IMG/VR virus record: IMGVR_UViG_3300019458_000035
Source: a virus
Reading direction: 5' to 3' (one strand)
Length of the DNA: 64,000 nucleotides
Shown: positions 63,801 through 64,000 of the stretch, one piece after another
Numbering within the stretch: the stretch's first letter is position 1
How the letters are laid out: every line of letters starts with the position of its first letter
The notes under the pieces: model-generated
What the model saw: the letters and a program-made list of their open reading frames with translations, nothing else
The model's database searches: none
Told to the model about the DNA's origin: nothing
Program-made: the position numbers and the translations under genes

Positions 63801-64000
63801 ATATCACCTCGTGTTGGTTAATAGTTTCAGCTCAGACTATTCAACTCGATAAGTATCACTCCAGCCTCGTACACAGCATACCCAGCGAGTACGATCAATC
63901 CACCTTCAATCATGCGGTCAAACCAGGTTCTCATAAAGTCTCCTTCAGTTTAAGGTCCTTGTAGTCCTTGCCGTTGAGTCGGCACCATCGGATGGTATTG

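Noticed and set aside
1-64000. Integrase, transposase, terminase or capsid genes
   Set aside because: No recombinase motifs (RxxR...HxxR...Y or serine-recombinase), terminase Walker motifs with nuclease domain, or portal/capsid-like proteins were recognisable. This window appears to be a non-structural, auxiliary/early-middle region.

Overview
This 64-kb window looks like part of a large lytic tailed-phage genome, in the style of a T4-like or jumbo phage. I recognise no structural, terminase or integrase genes. About 130 tightly packed, often overlapping ORFs lie almost entirely on the minus strand. The first 8.5 kb is a dense array of about 19 minus-strand tRNA genes, with one more tRNA-like gene at 25.2 kb. 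These are interspersed with seven HNH homing-endonuclease genes and a set of translation and stress proteins: an ArfB-like GGQ release-factor domain protein, a Pth2 peptidyl-tRNA hydrolase, a Mesh1/SpoT-like HD (p)ppGpp hydrolase, thioredoxin and GMP reductase. Other recognisable modules are listed below.
- A MoxR-like AAA+ ATPase paired with a VWA/HExxH protein.
- An SPFH (stomatin/prohibitin-like) protein next to a ClpP-like protease, a lipoprotein and a 36-aa membrane peptide.
- An NAD+ salvage pair: NAMPT plus a bifunctional NMN adenylyltransferase/Nudix protein.
- An RNA/DNA repair block: RtcB, phosphopantetheine adenylyltransferase (PPAT)-like nucleotidyltransferase, DEDDh exonuclease and a minimal ATP-dependent ligase.
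- A protease cluster: S1 trypsin-like, S8 subtilisin-like and a second ClpP-like protease.
- A nucleotide module: ThyX divergent from a class II-like ribonucleotide reductase and an IscA/ErpA-type Fe-S carrier, followed by RNase H.
- A collagen-like secreted protein and several duplicated gene families.
Three non-coding signals stand out. The first is a conserved motif TAGTTTCAGAAT (ATTCTGAAACTA on the coding strand) found 7-35 nt upstream of at least 12 minus-strand starts. The second is a set of sigma70-like TGnTATAAT -10 elements upstream of three plus-strand genes. The third is an exact 17-nt repeat, GGCGTAGCAGTGTCAGT, occurring three times in G-rich intergenic contexts. All calls rest on hand inspection of motifs and manual tRNA folding; no searches were run.
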